64,000 nucleotides of DNA from Smithella sp. GTDB lineage: Bacteria; Desulfobacterota; Syntrophia; Syntrophales; Smithellaceae. The stretch is from assembly GCA_049523355.1 (NCBI GenBank), contig JBEKMY010000001.1, positions 76,454 to 140,453 of the forward strand. The letters are read 5' to 3'. Below, piece by piece: positions 1-10,119 of this stretch. Position 1 is the stretch's first letter. Every line of letters starts with the position of its first letter. The notes beneath the pieces were generated by a model that was given only the letters and a program-made list of their open reading frames with translations, ran no database searches and was not told the DNA's origin. The position numbers and the translations under genes are program-made.

Positions 1-429
1 AACATCAATGCCGAGGTATTGAAGAAATTCCGGGAGATTAGCGAGAAGACCAACGAAGTGAGTCATGTAGTGGCAGAGATAGCTGTGGCATCGGAACAGC
101 AGGATGAGGGCATAAGCCAGGTGACCAAGGCCGTAGAACAGCTCAACGGGCTTACTCAGAAGGCTGTGGCTAATGCCGAGGAATCGGCAAGCTCGGCGGA
201 GGAGATGTCTTCCCAGTCCAAAGAAATGCTCAGCATGGTGGCCAGCTTCAAACTTAACGGTTCAGGACATTTAGACCATGTGCTGCCCAGAGGTAAACAA
301 TCGAAGAGTTTGCTTATGGGTCCCGCGTACAAAGAAAAGAAAATAAATACCATGCCCGTTATTAAACCCGATCCTCGTATAGTGATCCCTTTTGATGACA
401 AAGATCGAAGCATATTGAACACTTTTTAA
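1..429 (+). CDS. Methyl-accepting chemotaxis protein, C-terminal signalling domain (5' truncated by window edge)
   Basis: Frame 1 is open from nt 1. The sequence EIAVASEQQDEGISQVTKAVEQLNGLTQKAVANAEESASSAEEMSSQSKEM is a typical MCP signalling hairpin region. Confidence 0.8.
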   Translation, partial: NINAEVLKKFREISEKTNEVSHVVAEIAVASEQQDEGISQVTKAVEQLNGLTQKAVANAEESASSAEEMSSQSKEMLSMVASFKLNGSGHLDHVLPRGKQSKSLLMGPAYKEKKINTMPVIKPDPRIVIPFDDKDRSILNTF

Positions 430-451
430 ATTTCCAGGGTTTGGATAAAGA

Positions 452-485
452 CCCTTTCTCTTTCTTAAAATAGAAAGAGAAAGGG
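452..485 (+). terminator. Perfect 14-bp hairpin (ccctttctctttct / agaaagagaaaggg, loop taaaat) 23 nt after the MCP stop; no clear U-tract
   Basis: Inverted repeat read directly from the sequence. Its position just 3' of the CDS suggests a terminator or mRNA-stabilising stem. Confidence 0.4.
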
Positions 486-799
486 ACGATATGGAAGTGA
501 CCATAAAGAAACGCGGCATATTTTAAATAAATAATCTTTCGATCCAAGTAGCTAAATTATTGAGCAGATGCATAAAACCAGTGTATTAAAAACAATTCGG
601 CTTTTGTGAAATATTATTCTTTTGCAGGCGATAGTCTCATGATGAGGCACTTCTCATCATAGCCGTTAAAACCCTTTGCCGGTAATCTTTAATAATATTT
701 TCTTTATACCTTAACGGGATCGTCATCATTCTGTAACACAAAACAAATACATTGCTTCTGTAATTGTACAAGAAAATAATTATAATTCAGGAGGGAAAA

Positions 800-2242
800 A
801 TGAAGAAAAGGTTTATTTTAATTGCCGCATTAATACTGCTGGCAACGCCGGCACTGGCGGATAATCAGCCAGCAGATCCCGTACCGGCAAACAGTCAACC
901 GGCGGCAACTACGGATACGGGCATAGCCGTGAAAATGATGGGGGTCAACGTCAAATTTGGCGGTTTCCTGGCGGCGGAAGGTGTTTACCGCGCCAGAAAT
1001 GAAAATTCCGATATTTCGTCGAAGTTTAATGCAATTCCTCTGCCGAATCAAGTAGGCTATTACCAGGACGAAACAAGATTCAGTGCTAGGCAATCCAGGC
1101 TTAACATCTTGGCGCAGGGTGATTACAGCCCCACGATCCACCTGGCCGGATTCTATGAGATGGACTTTTTGGGCGCGGCCTCTACCGCCAATTCCCAAGA
1201 AAGTGACTCCTATAACCCCCGGATTCGTCATCTGTACTCAACGGTTGATTGGGATAACTTCGGCCTGCATTTATTAGGCGGTCAAACATGGTCGCTGGTC
1301 ACGATGAATAATCATGGCATCACTCCGCGTCAAGAAGATATTCCGCTGACGATTGACGCCCAGTACGTACCCGGCTTTTCCTGGGCGCGGCAACCGCAGT
1401 TGCGTCTTGTAAAAGACTGGAACAAGACATATTGGCTGGCAGTTTCCATCGAAACTCCCCAAACCGTTGCCGCAACCGCACCAAACACGGTGGGGACCAA
1501 TTCGTCGCTTAGTCAACCCGGCGGAGGCAGTCTTACCAACGTCAATGTATCCGCGAACACCTACCCTGATTTGGTCATAAAGGCGGCATACGATCCCGGT
1601 TGGGGACATTTTGAAGTTTTTGACTTGACCCGCACCTTTAAGTCAACTTTGCAAGACGCAAGCGGCAACGTCAATGGTAATGAGACTACGACCACTGCCC
1701 TAGGCGGCGGCGTTATTCTTCCGCTGCTTTCGAAACAATTGAATCTGCAGTTAAGCGGTATGTATGGTGAAGGCATCGGGCGTTATGGTTCCGGTCAATT
1801 GCCTGACGTCGCTCAATATGCGAACGGCGAAATCACTCCTATTCGAGAGATACAGCTGCTTGCCGGCGTAAACTGGACTCCCACGAGTTCCCTGACTGTC
1901 TACGGTTATTACGGTTGGGAAAACGCTGAACGTAGAGACCTGGCTTCCGGTGGTAAAGCTTATGGTTATGGCAGTAATTTAGATAATGTTCAAATGGATT
2001 TGCCCGGCACTACCATAGGCAAAGCATTTAATGGCCAAATCAATTCGATTGATCAGTTCACTATCGGAGCATGGTATAAATTTTTCCAGGGCAGATTTGG
2101 AAATATGCAGGCAGGTTTGCAATATTCCTATACAAAAAACACATACTTTAGTGGAAATAATTATAGTGGTACTGCTGCTGCAAATGGTCCTCAGGCCAAC
2201 GATAGTATGGTTTTATCAAGTCTTCGCTTCTATTGGCAATAA
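800..2242 (+). CDS. Outer-membrane beta-barrel porin-like protein
   Basis: GGAGGG RBS 6 nt upstream of the ATG at 800. Signal peptide MKKRFILIAALILLATPALA. Gly/Tyr/Asn-rich alternating pattern and a C-terminal aromatic motif (LRFYWQ). The track ORF begins at 764, but the internal ATG fits better. Confidence 0.65.
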   Translation: MKKRFILIAALILLATPALADNQPADPVPANSQPAATTDTGIAVKMMGVNVKFGGFLAAEGVYRARNENSDISSKFNAIPLPNQVGYYQDETRFSARQSRLNILAQGDYSPTIHLAGFYEMDFLGAASTANSQESDSYNPRIRHLYSTVDWDNFGLHLLGGQTWSLVTMNNHGITPRQEDIPLTIDAQYVPGFSWARQPQLRLVKDWNKTYWLAVSIETPQTVAATAPNTVGTNSSLSQPGGGSLTNVNVSANTYPDLVIKAAYDPGWGHFEVFDLTRTFKSTLQDASGNVNGNETTTTALGGGVILPLLSKQLNLQLSGMYGEGIGRYGSGQLPDVAQYANGEITPIREIQLLAGVNWTPTSSLTVYGYYGWENAERRDLASGGKAYGYGSNLDNVQMDLPGTTIGKAFNGQINSIDQFTIGAWYKFFQGRFGNMQAGLQYSYTKNTYFSGNNYSGTAAANGPQANDSMVLSSLRFYWQ

Positions 2243-2342
2243 GCTTTCTTTGTGTTTGAAAAGGGTTTGTTAACTAAAATAAATACCTGACAAACATGAA
2301 ATGAAGATGTTTAAAGAAAAGGAAAAAGTTTGAAAAATAAAA

Positions 2343-2504
2343 TTGTTTTTTGTAATCACTATGGTTGTGCTTGGATTAACCTTTATTTTTCTTACGGGAT
2401 ACACGAAAAAGGAATTGGTAAAAGAAAGTTCCTCGCAATTACTAACGCAAAAGGAAATAAAACATCGAATTGTTTTATCGATTAACGAAGAGGAGATGAA
2501 ATAG
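2343..2504 (+). CDS. Candidate small membrane-anchored protein (47-53 aa; TTG 2343 or ATG 2361)
   Basis: This ORF is below the track cutoff: (LFFVIT)MVVLGLTFIFLTGYTKKELVKESSSQLLTQKEIKHRIVLSINEEEMK. It has a hydrophobic N-terminus and is followed 40 nt later by a strong terminator. The RBS is weak. Confidence 0.2.
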   Translation: MFFVITMVVLGLTFIFLTGYTKKELVKESSSQLLTQKEIKHRIVLSINEEEMK

Positions 2505-2543
2505 TCTCCGGTAGCTGTATAAAAAGTTACTGATTTTGCTGAT

Positions 2544-2588
2544 TAAGACTTCTCACATCGAACCGATGTGAGAAGTCTTAAAGTTTTT
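2544..2588 (+). terminator. Rho-independent terminator (17-bp perfect stem taagacttctcacatcg/cgatgtgagaagtctta followed by aagttttt)
   Basis: Inverted repeat plus T-run read directly from the sequence. Confidence 0.8.
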
Positions 2589-2810
2589 ACCGATATGATG
2601 TTCTGGAAGTTTCCAATTTATAATTCCGTGTAAGTATGAAAAAAATAGAAGATTAATTGTGTTGCTTGTTCCATCTCATTGCCTCATGGCTCTCTTTTCT
2701 TTAGTTATTTTTCTCCGCAGCTTTACAAATTCGTTGCCTGTCTGGATAAGGTGTGTTACTTTACAAAAAATTCAAGAGGAATAATAAACATTTAAACAAC
2801 CGATAAGTAA

Positions 2811-4091
2811 ATGAATAAATTTCAACCATCCGAATATCTTACCCGTTTAAATGTTGACCGGATGCATTTCGGCCTTAAGGCAATTACCCAACTGCTTTTA
2901 AGTCTGGGAAATCCGCAGGATTCCTATAAGACAATATTGATTGCCGGCACCAACGGTAAAGGATCAACTGCGGCGATGACTTCTTCGATTTTATGCAGTG
3001 CCGGTTATAAAGTTGGTCTTTATACATCCCCGCATCTGGTTGATGTCCGGGAGAGGATTGTCGTAAGCGGCAAGAAAATCGCTCTGGAGGAGTTTAACCG
3101 GACTATCGCTTGTGTGAAAAGTAAAATGGAGCAGCCTGTAACTTATTTTGAATTTTTGACTGCGGTTGCTTTTGTATATTTTCAAAACCGGAAAGTGGAT
3201 ATTGCCGTGCTGGAGGTTGGTTTAGGCGGCAGACTTGACGCGACAAACGTTTGTCAGCCTTTGGCTTCGATAATCACCAATATTACTTTTGATCATACAG
3301 CTTATCTGGGGAATACTCTGGAATCAATCACCCGCGAAAAAGCGGGAATCATCAAAAAAAATGGCATCTGTATTACAGCGGCAAGACAAAAAAAAGTTCT
3401 GGATATTCTGGAAAACGTCTGTCTGCGCCGCCGGGCGAAACTTTACTGCCTCGGACGCGATATAAAAATTAAAAAAAAGGAAGACGGTCTTTTTACTTAT
3501 CGGGGATTGTTTCATAATATAAAAAATCTAACAATTTCTCTGAGAGGCGAACATCAATTATCCAATGCTGCTACTGCTCTGGCAGCAATTGAACTTTGTG
3601 CAAATAAAGGTTTCCATGTTGATGATACGGCGATTTATTCGGGATTGAAGAATACACATTGGGAAGCAAGGATGGAAATGTTACAAGACCAGCCTCTTTT
3701 TCTTCTCGATGGAGCTCATAATCCCGCAGGCATTGGCGCTTTATGCCGGTCTTTAAAAAAAGATTTTTCCCGTCGACGTTTAATTCTTATCTTTGGGGCT
3801 CTTGCCGATAAGGACTATCGGCGAATGCTGCAAAAAATAGTTCCCCTGACCTCAATAATAATATTAACACAAATAAAAACCGTGCGGGCTCTGCCGGTGA
3901 ACGATATGATGGAAACAGTGAAAAAAATGGGTTATACGGCGATTATCACTAAAGATGTAAATCAGGCAATTAAGAAGGCGCTGGCACTGGCAAAAAAACA
4001 GGACTTGATATGCGCGACGGGTTCTTTTTATTTAGCCGGTGAAGTAAAACAGGCATTTATTGACTGTCAACAGGGGGCGCCTCTCCGGTAA
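2811..4091 (+). CDS. folC: Bifunctional folylpolyglutamate synthase / dihydrofolate synthase
   Basis: Mur-ligase P-loop GTNGKGST, and FolC-like motifs including HLVDVRERI and DGAHNPAG. Confidence 0.9.
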   Translation: MNKFQPSEYLTRLNVDRMHFGLKAITQLLLSLGNPQDSYKTILIAGTNGKGSTAAMTSSILCSAGYKVGLYTSPHLVDVRERIVVSGKKIALEEFNRTIACVKSKMEQPVTYFEFLTAVAFVYFQNRKVDIAVLEVGLGGRLDATNVCQPLASIITNITFDHTAYLGNTLESITREKAGIIKKNGICITAARQKKVLDILENVCLRRRAKLYCLGRDIKIKKKEDGLFTYRGLFHNIKNLTISLRGEHQLSNAATALAAIELCANKGFHVDDTAIYSGLKNTHWEARMEMLQDQPLFLLDGAHNPAGIGALCRSLKKDFSRRRLILIFGALADKDYRRMLQKIVPLTSIIILTQIKTVRALPVNDMMETVKKMGYTAIITKDVNQAIKKALALAKKQDLICATGSFYLAGEVKQAFIDCQQGAPLR

Positions 4092-4140
4092 GAGGTGCAA
4101 TGATGAATAGTAATATTCTTTGCCGGTAAAAGCCGAAAGG

Positions 4141-4256
4141 TTTTGCAAAACGCTCATCTGCCGCGTTGCACTGCAAACCGCACCGCTCAACGTATTTTTA
4201 TATACGCCTCGCGATTCGTTTTTTGTTCGCCTTGCATCTCTGGCATTTTTGAACAG
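4141..4256 (+). repeat. Intergenic repeat, family A copy (forward), between folC and lptD
   Basis: Collinear with 38924-39049. Shared blocks are caaaacgc(y)catctgc(s)gcgttgc, a central acgtat..atacg hairpin, and cgccttgcatct..ttttt(r)aacag. Confidence 0.7.
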
Positions 4257-4354
4257 TGAATAATCGCGGGGCTTTAAACAATCCCATTTCATAAAATAAC
4301 CTTATATGATAATAAAAAAGTAAGAAAAAGGCGGTCTTATCAAACAAAGATAAA

Positions 4355-6850
4355 ATGATGAATGCAAGCAGACATAAAATATTAAAATCAGAAAACAACA
4401 GTATAATCTATGTATTAAAATTAGATTTAACGATTGCCTTTCTGATGGCGATAATAATTTTATTTTTATCTCCCGCAGCTTTTGCTGTTGAGGCCGGCAG
4501 CATTGACAATGACACTTCCGGCGATGTGTGCGTTCAGGGGGAAGTAACCATAATTTACAGCGGTGACTCTGGTTATGCCGGTGACGATGAGTTGAATAAT
4601 AAAAAAGAAGCCGCTCCCGTTAAGGACAATGTCCTTCCAAAAAAATTTGATGCTGAAAGTAATGAGAATCATGTGAATATCGAAGCGGACAGCATGGATT
4701 ACGACAATGTTAGTGATGTGTATCACGCTAAAGGGAAAGTAAGCATAATTTACAGCGGAGCCGCTCTCTGGGCCGATGACGTGCAGTTGGATAATAAAAA
4801 TAATGTTGCCACAGCTCAGGGTAACGCGTTTCTTAAAATGGGAGAAGATACTCTGCGGGGCGAAAAAATTGTTTTAAATATTGAAGACAAAACAGGCGCT
4901 GCTTATATGGCCCATGCCTTTTACGCAAGGAATAATTTTTATGTGACGGGCGATAAAATTGAAAAAACCGCAGAGAATACATATTTTATAAAACAACCTG
5001 TTGCCACAACTTGTGATGGCGCTAAGCCTGATTGGGAAATCGTCGGCAGTGAAATGAATGTAACCGTTGAAGGCTATGGTATGATGAAAGATGCCCGGTT
5101 CCTTGCGGAAGGTTTGCCGGTGTTCTATTCCCCGTATCTTCCATTTCCGGCGAAAAGTGAACGTCAGTCGGGATTTCTTATTCCATATTTTTCTAGTTCA
5201 AGTAATGATGGCATCGATATAGAAGTTCCTTATTTCTGGGCTATTTCACCCCAGATGGATGCGACTTTTTACCAGCATTACATCGAAAAAAGAGGATTTC
5301 AAGAAGGTGCGGAATACAGATACTATCTGGGGAATAATTCCTTCGGGACTTTTTATGGCGATTACCTCGAGGACACGGAGCGTATCACCGATACAACCTA
5401 TGAGGCAACAAGCCGCGACTGGCAGGACACGCATAAGCGCTGGTCTTATTATTTTAATAGTCAAACAAATTTTGATCCGCAATTTTATGTAAGAACCGAT
5501 ATAATAAATGTATCCGACAAATGGTATTTTCAGGATTTTTCAGCTCGTAATTACTATCTTGATAATTATGCCGAAACGACAGGGGACAATTTTAAAAATG
5601 TTCCTTTCAAGGCCGACCAGACTCTTCGTTATTTAGAATCAACAGCCAGCGTGTTTAAAGGATGGTCTAATTACAGTTTGACGGGATCGATAAACACCAC
5701 ACAAGATTTTAATGCCGTCAATAATGATCAAACTTTGCAACGATATCCGGAGCTTGTTTTTACCGGCAGTAAACAGCAATTTATGAATACGCCATTATAT
5801 TATGAATTTACCGGAACTTATGATTATTTCTACAGCGGAGAAGGACAAAAGGGACACTACATTGATTTTTCACCAACCGTTTCCATGCCTTTTAATTTAT
5901 CCAGCTATCTTAAAGTAACTCCGCAGTTTTCTCTCAAAGAAACACTTTGGGACCGCGATGACAATCAAATCGGTTCAAACAGTAGAACAGGTGATACAAC
6001 TATCTATAACGCGTCATTATCCTTGAGTAGTCAGGTCTCCCGAGTATTCGATGTAAATATAATAAATTGGGAAAAAATAAGACACGAAATAAAACCGGAA
6101 ATAATCTATTCTTATGTTCCCAACGTATCCCAGGGCAACATACCTTATTATTATTTGCCTGCTTTCTCACCGTTTATGATGCCTGGAACAACTCCCATTA
6201 CAACTGCATCCGGTAAAGCTTTACAGGGGATTGTTGGCACTTTTTCTTCTTTTCCCGTCACAACTTCTTCATACGGTTTAGAGGGACAAAATGCCGTTGC
6301 CTGGTCACTTACAAACACCCTTACGGCCAAAGTAAAGGATGGAGCAGGTGCATACAGCTATATGGAGTTTCTACGGCTTAAATTATTTCAAACTTATGAC
6401 ATCAATGAGGCCAATAAAGGCATGGAGGGGATTACTACGGAAAGAAGGCCTGTATCAGATGTCGGGATGGAATTTGATTTTACTCCTCATAAATATTTTT
6501 CTTTTGTGGCGCGTGATCTATACAATGTTTACGGCGGTTGGGATCAATCGAGTTATGATGTGAATGTCAAAGATTGGCGCAGCGATTCGTTGTCAATCGG
6601 TTACCGCTATACAGTGGATTCTGTTGAAGAACTAGACTTTAGCCTCAAAGCGGTAATTGCCAGAAATATTGATGCCACATTTATTTCGAGACACGATCTG
6701 TTTAATTCCCAAACAATAGAAAACACGTTGGGATTTGTTTATCACAAACAATGCTGGAGTATGGGATTGGATTTTACCCAGACTTCTACCGACACTAGAT
6801 TTTTATTTAAATTCTCACTGGCCGGTTTCGACAAGGCTTCGAATAAATAA
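4355..6850 (+). CDS. lptD: LPS-assembly outer membrane protein LptD (OstA/Imp)
   Basis: 831 aa with an N-terminal signal/TM segment, an OstA_N-like region (ADSMDYDN...YHAKGKV...WADDVQLD) and a long Tyr/Asn/Ser-rich beta-barrel C-terminus. Confidence 0.85.
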   Translation: MMNASRHKILKSENNSIIYVLKLDLTIAFLMAIIILFLSPAAFAVEAGSIDNDTSGDVCVQGEVTIIYSGDSGYAGDDELNNKKEAAPVKDNVLPKKFDAESNENHVNIEADSMDYDNVSDVYHAKGKVSIIYSGAALWADDVQLDNKNNVATAQGNAFLKMGEDTLRGEKIVLNIEDKTGAAYMAHAFYARNNFYVTGDKIEKTAENTYFIKQPVATTCDGAKPDWEIVGSEMNVTVEGYGMMKDARFLAEGLPVFYSPYLPFPAKSERQSGFLIPYFSSSSNDGIDIEVPYFWAISPQMDATFYQHYIEKRGFQEGAEYRYYLGNNSFGTFYGDYLEDTERITDTTYEATSRDWQDTHKRWSYYFNSQTNFDPQFYVRTDIINVSDKWYFQDFSARNYYLDNYAETTGDNFKNVPFKADQTLRYLESTASVFKGWSNYSLTGSINTTQDFNAVNNDQTLQRYPELVFTGSKQQFMNTPLYYEFTGTYDYFYSGEGQKGHYIDFSPTVSMPFNLSSYLKVTPQFSLKETLWDRDDNQIGSNSRTGDTTIYNASLSLSSQVSRVFDVNIINWEKIRHEIKPEIIYSYVPNVSQGNIPYYYLPAFSPFMMPGTTPITTASGKALQGIVGTFSSFPVTTSSYGLEGQNAVAWSLTNTLTAKVKDGAGAYSYMEFLRLKLFQTYDINEANKGMEGITTERRPVSDVGMEFDFTPHKYFSFVARDLYNVYGGWDQSSYDVNVKDWRSDSLSIGYRYTVDSVEELDFSLKAVIARNIDATFISRHDLFNSQTIENTLGFVYHKQCWSMGLDFTQTSTDTRFLFKFSLAGFDKASNK

Positions 6851-6912
6851 ATAGGGGGGCAGGATGACCCTGATCTATTTGATCTTGGTCTACTTAGATG
6901 GAGGATAAAGAG

Positions 6913-7140
6913 ATGAACTTCAAAATCATACTGGTGACGATTCTTGCCGGTATTTGTCTTATCTTTCTGGCTCAGAATATACAAGTTGTCACAGTAAGCT
7001 TTTTATCCTGGGAAATATCGATGTCGCGCGCGGTGCTGATTTTTTTTACCTTATTAATCGGTTTTGTTATCGGGTGGTTCCTGCACAGCTATCTGGCATA
7101 TCGTAAAGATAAAAAGGAATTCCAAAATATTAATTATTAG
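6913..7140 (+). CDS. LapA-domain (DUF1049) small inner-membrane protein
   Basis: GGAGGA RBS 7 nt upstream of the ATG at 6913. Two TM helices (ILVTILAGICLIFLAQN, AVLIFFTLLIGFVIGWFL). Located immediately after lptD. Confidence 0.6.
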   Translation: MNFKIILVTILAGICLIFLAQNIQVVTVSFLSWEISMSRAVLIFFTLLIGFVIGWFLHSYLAYRKDKKEFQNINY

Positions 7141-8032
7141 CCGGCTGCTCCGCGCGAACGTCTGTTTCTGCCGGAGAAAAATAATCCCGCAACCCGTCAT
7201 AGATGTAGAGAACGGCCTTAACGTAAACATCACTGTGGTTGTAAGAAAAAACGGCTTTGTATTTAATATCGTCATCGCCGATGTTTGCTCCTGATAGATT
7301 ATGTTTGTAAAGGTAGTTTTCCACACTGAAGATAGTATCTTCTATAGAGAAGGGATCAATATCATCATCAATCCCATTTGAATTGATGAAAAATGCCAGC
7401 AGGGATGAAGGAATAAACTGACCCCAGCCGATTGCCCCCGCATATGAACTTGTAAAATACTGCGGCGGATGTTTTGTTATTTGTGAAAATTTATAAAGAG
7501 CAGTGATTTCAGAAACGGCAAATTTTGTCCGGTTTGTGAAAATGTATTGAGAGACTAATGAATTGAACGCGTAAAATCTACCGCGTTGCTGATGATCGGC
7601 AAAATTAGTTTCGACGCCAATGATCGCAGCGATCAATTCCTTGTGTATCCCGTGTTTTGCCTCTGCCCTGTTAAACATTTCGATGCGGTCTTCAATAAAT
7701 GGTTTTCCTTTCTTGATTTTAGCATCCACGCCTATTCGCGCAAAATACCATGATATGTCATGTCTCTTGTCAAAATCGGTCAGTTTTTCCGCGGATTTCT
7801 GAAAATATTGGTCTATATTGGGGTAAATCTGGAAAGTTTCATGTTGAATTTGTTTATCGAACCATTCCCCGGGTACTCCGTTTGCGATCAGCGTCTTCTT
7901 CAGTTCTTTAATTTTGACCGACACACCTGAATCCGGGATTTTTTTTACCTGCTCATTATAGGACGTACATCCCCAAAATATGAAGGCTATAGAGACTATG
8001 ACTAGCAGATATCTCAAATTCATTTTACGCAA
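7130..8032 (-). CDS. mltB: Lytic murein transglycosylase (MltB/SLT_2 family), lipoprotein
   Basis: Lipobox-like FIFWGC. Catalytic region IIGVETNF and SYAGAIGWGQFIPSS are typical of the MltB family. Confidence 0.8.
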   Translation of the reverse strand: MRKMNLRYLLVIVSIAFIFWGCTSYNEQVKKIPDSGVSVKIKELKKTLIANGVPGEWFDKQIQHETFQIYPNIDQYFQKSAEKLTDFDKRHDISWYFARIGVDAKIKKGKPFIEDRIEMFNRAEAKHGIHKELIAAIIGVETNFADHQQRGRFYAFNSLVSQYIFTNRTKFAVSEITALYKFSQITKHPPQYFTSSYAGAIGWGQFIPSSLLAFFINSNGIDDDIDPFSIEDTIFSVENYLYKHNLSGANIGDDDIKYKAVFSYNHSDVYVKAVLYIYDGLRDYFSPAETDVRAEQPANN

Positions 8033-8239
8033 TTCATTAATTAGAATATTTGTATCCCTTTGTAAGATATTTTAATCCAAACACCACTGAAATGCCTTTA
8101 CTAGACAATAAACTATATTGTCAAATCTTTTCAAACAGGACTTCCCTTTTTTCCCCCAAGTAACGTATGTTCTTGTAATCACTTCAAGGTTAATGTATAA
8201 ATCCTGTAAAATCAGTTTTTATTATATTGAGACAAAGCA

Positions 8240-8962
8240 ATGCATTTAAAAGAAGTTACTTTTCATTCCGGGAAATATCCGGCAAGAGATTGTTATCCTT
8301 TCAGTCTGGCACTTTTCCATGAAACAAAACAAATAACATTTGATTCGCCGGTTACATTATTCGCCGGCGAAAATGGCACGGGTAAATCAACCTTGCTGGA
8401 GGCGCTTGCCGTCGCCTGCAATATTCACATCTGGCACAACATGGCAACAAGCAGGCCGGATTGTAATCCATATGAGGATAAATTTCACCGGTATATCTCC
8501 GTTGCGTGGTCAAATGGCCGCGTACCGGGCTCTTTTTTCGGATCGAGAGTGTTTCAGCACTTTGCCGAGTTGCTGGATGAGTGGGCGGCGGCGGATCGGG
8601 GCCAGTTAAATTATTTCGGCGGAAAGTCTTTGACCACCCAATCACACGGGCAGTCTTTAATGTCTTTTTTTCGCAGTCGCTATCGGATAAAAGGATTGTA
8701 TCTTCTGGATGAGCCGGAAACAGCGCTATCGCCGCGTTCACAGATAGAGCTTCTGCATCTTTTAGAAAATATGAGCGTTGCCGGTCATGCGCAATTTATT
8801 ATCGCCACACATTCGCCGATTTTGCTGGCCTGTCCGCAGGCAATAATCTATACTTTTGATAATTCTCCGATTCAGCGGATTAAATACGAACAGACAGACC
8901 ATTACCTCGTATATAGAGATTTTATGGCAGATAGAAACAAATATCTAAAACAAAACGGTTAA
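8240..8962 (+). CDS. Stand-alone P-loop ATPase (ABC/SMC-like AAA_21-type fold)
   Basis: Walker A GENGTGKST, signature-like SHGQS, Walker B LYLLDEPETALSP, and an H-loop ATHSP. Confidence 0.65.
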   Translation: MHLKEVTFHSGKYPARDCYPFSLALFHETKQITFDSPVTLFAGENGTGKSTLLEALAVACNIHIWHNMATSRPDCNPYEDKFHRYISVAWSNGRVPGSFFGSRVFQHFAELLDEWAAADRGQLNYFGGKSLTTQSHGQSLMSFFRSRYRIKGLYLLDEPETALSPRSQIELLHLLENMSVAGHAQFIIATHSPILLACPQAIIYTFDNSPIQRIKYEQTDHYLVYRDFMADRNKYLKQNG

Positions 8963-8964
8963 GA

Positions 8965-10110
8965 ATGAAGAGGTATATTATGCTGACCAAGCAAGACATC
9001 ATCGCGGAAGCAAGCCGGTTGAAATTTGCCGATATCGGGTTCACTAATGCCGAGCCTTTTGCATCTCAAAAGGAATACCTTCTGGCGCGTCAGGAAGAAT
9101 ATGGCTGGGCGGAGCAAGCCGGTTTGAATTTGATAGCGGGAACAGATCCCCACAGTATTCTTCCTAATGCTAAATCCATAATTGTGCTGTTGGAATCTTA
9201 TTTTGAAGAATCTTTTTCGCCGAAAATGGAACGTCATTTTGGCCGCTGTTATCTTGATGACGACCGGATTACTAAAGATCGTCTGGCGCTTAAAATCAAG
9301 GCTTTCAGGAAGTTTCTCCAGACGAACGGCGTTGATTCCAGAGTGCCCTTTAATTTGCCGCATAGACTTTCAGCCGCTCGTGCCGGATTGGGAACTTTTG
9401 GCAAAAATTGTCTTTTTTACTCGCGGCGCGTGGCCCGCAAAAGTTCGTTTGTTTTTCCCATCGCTATTGTTGTTGACCATGAATTTGCTGCGGATGAACC
9501 GGATATTGCCGTTGGCTGTCCCGATTGGTGCCGTAATGCCTGCGTGGCGGCATGTCCTACACGCGCCTTCAAAGGAGACGGAAAAATTGATCCCCGCCGC
9601 TGTATATCTTTTTTAACGTATTACGGCGAAGGAATAACTCCGCTTAAACTTCGCGAACCGATGGGTATGTATGTATATGGATGTGATCGCTGTCAAAATG
9701 TCTGTCCCCGCAATATAAATCGGATAACAGAGGAAAAACCCCTAAATCCACGTGTTTTATCCAAATCCACGGATTTTGATCTTTCCCGTCTGCTGCATAT
9801 GGATAAATCATATTTCGAGCAGAAAATATGGCCGCATATGTTCTATATGTCTGCAGATGATATCTGGCGCTGGAAGATGAATGTCGCCCGTGCCATGGGC
9901 AATAGTCTTAATCCGGTTTATGTCGCGGATCTTATCCGTGCGTTTAAAGAAAATTCTGATGAGCGTGTTAACAGCATGATCGCCTGGGCGTTAGGTCGCA
10001 TAGGCAATTTAGAAGCGATGACAGCACTGGAAGAATTTTTTAAAGACAGCAGGGGCATCGTTAAGGAAGAAATCCAACGGGCTATTGAATCAATTCCGGC
10101 AAAGGTTTAA
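8965..10110 (+). CDS. queG: tRNA epoxyqueuosine(34) reductase
   Basis: Two ferredoxin-type Cys clusters (CPDWCRNACVAACP, CDRCQNVCP) plus C-terminal HEAT-like repeats (WALGRIG...), matching the QueG architecture. Confidence 0.85.
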   Translation: MKRYIMLTKQDIIAEASRLKFADIGFTNAEPFASQKEYLLARQEEYGWAEQAGLNLIAGTDPHSILPNAKSIIVLLESYFEESFSPKMERHFGRCYLDDDRITKDRLALKIKAFRKFLQTNGVDSRVPFNLPHRLSAARAGLGTFGKNCLFYSRRVARKSSFVFPIAIVVDHEFAADEPDIAVGCPDWCRNACVAACPTRAFKGDGKIDPRRCISFLTYYGEGITPLKLREPMGMYVYGCDRCQNVCPRNINRITEEKPLNPRVLSKSTDFDLSRLLHMDKSYFEQKIWPHMFYMSADDIWRWKMNVARAMGNSLNPVYVADLIRAFKENSDERVNSMIAWALGRIGNLEAMTALEEFFKDSRGIVKEEIQRAIESIPAKV

Positions 10111-10119
10111 ATTAAAAAA

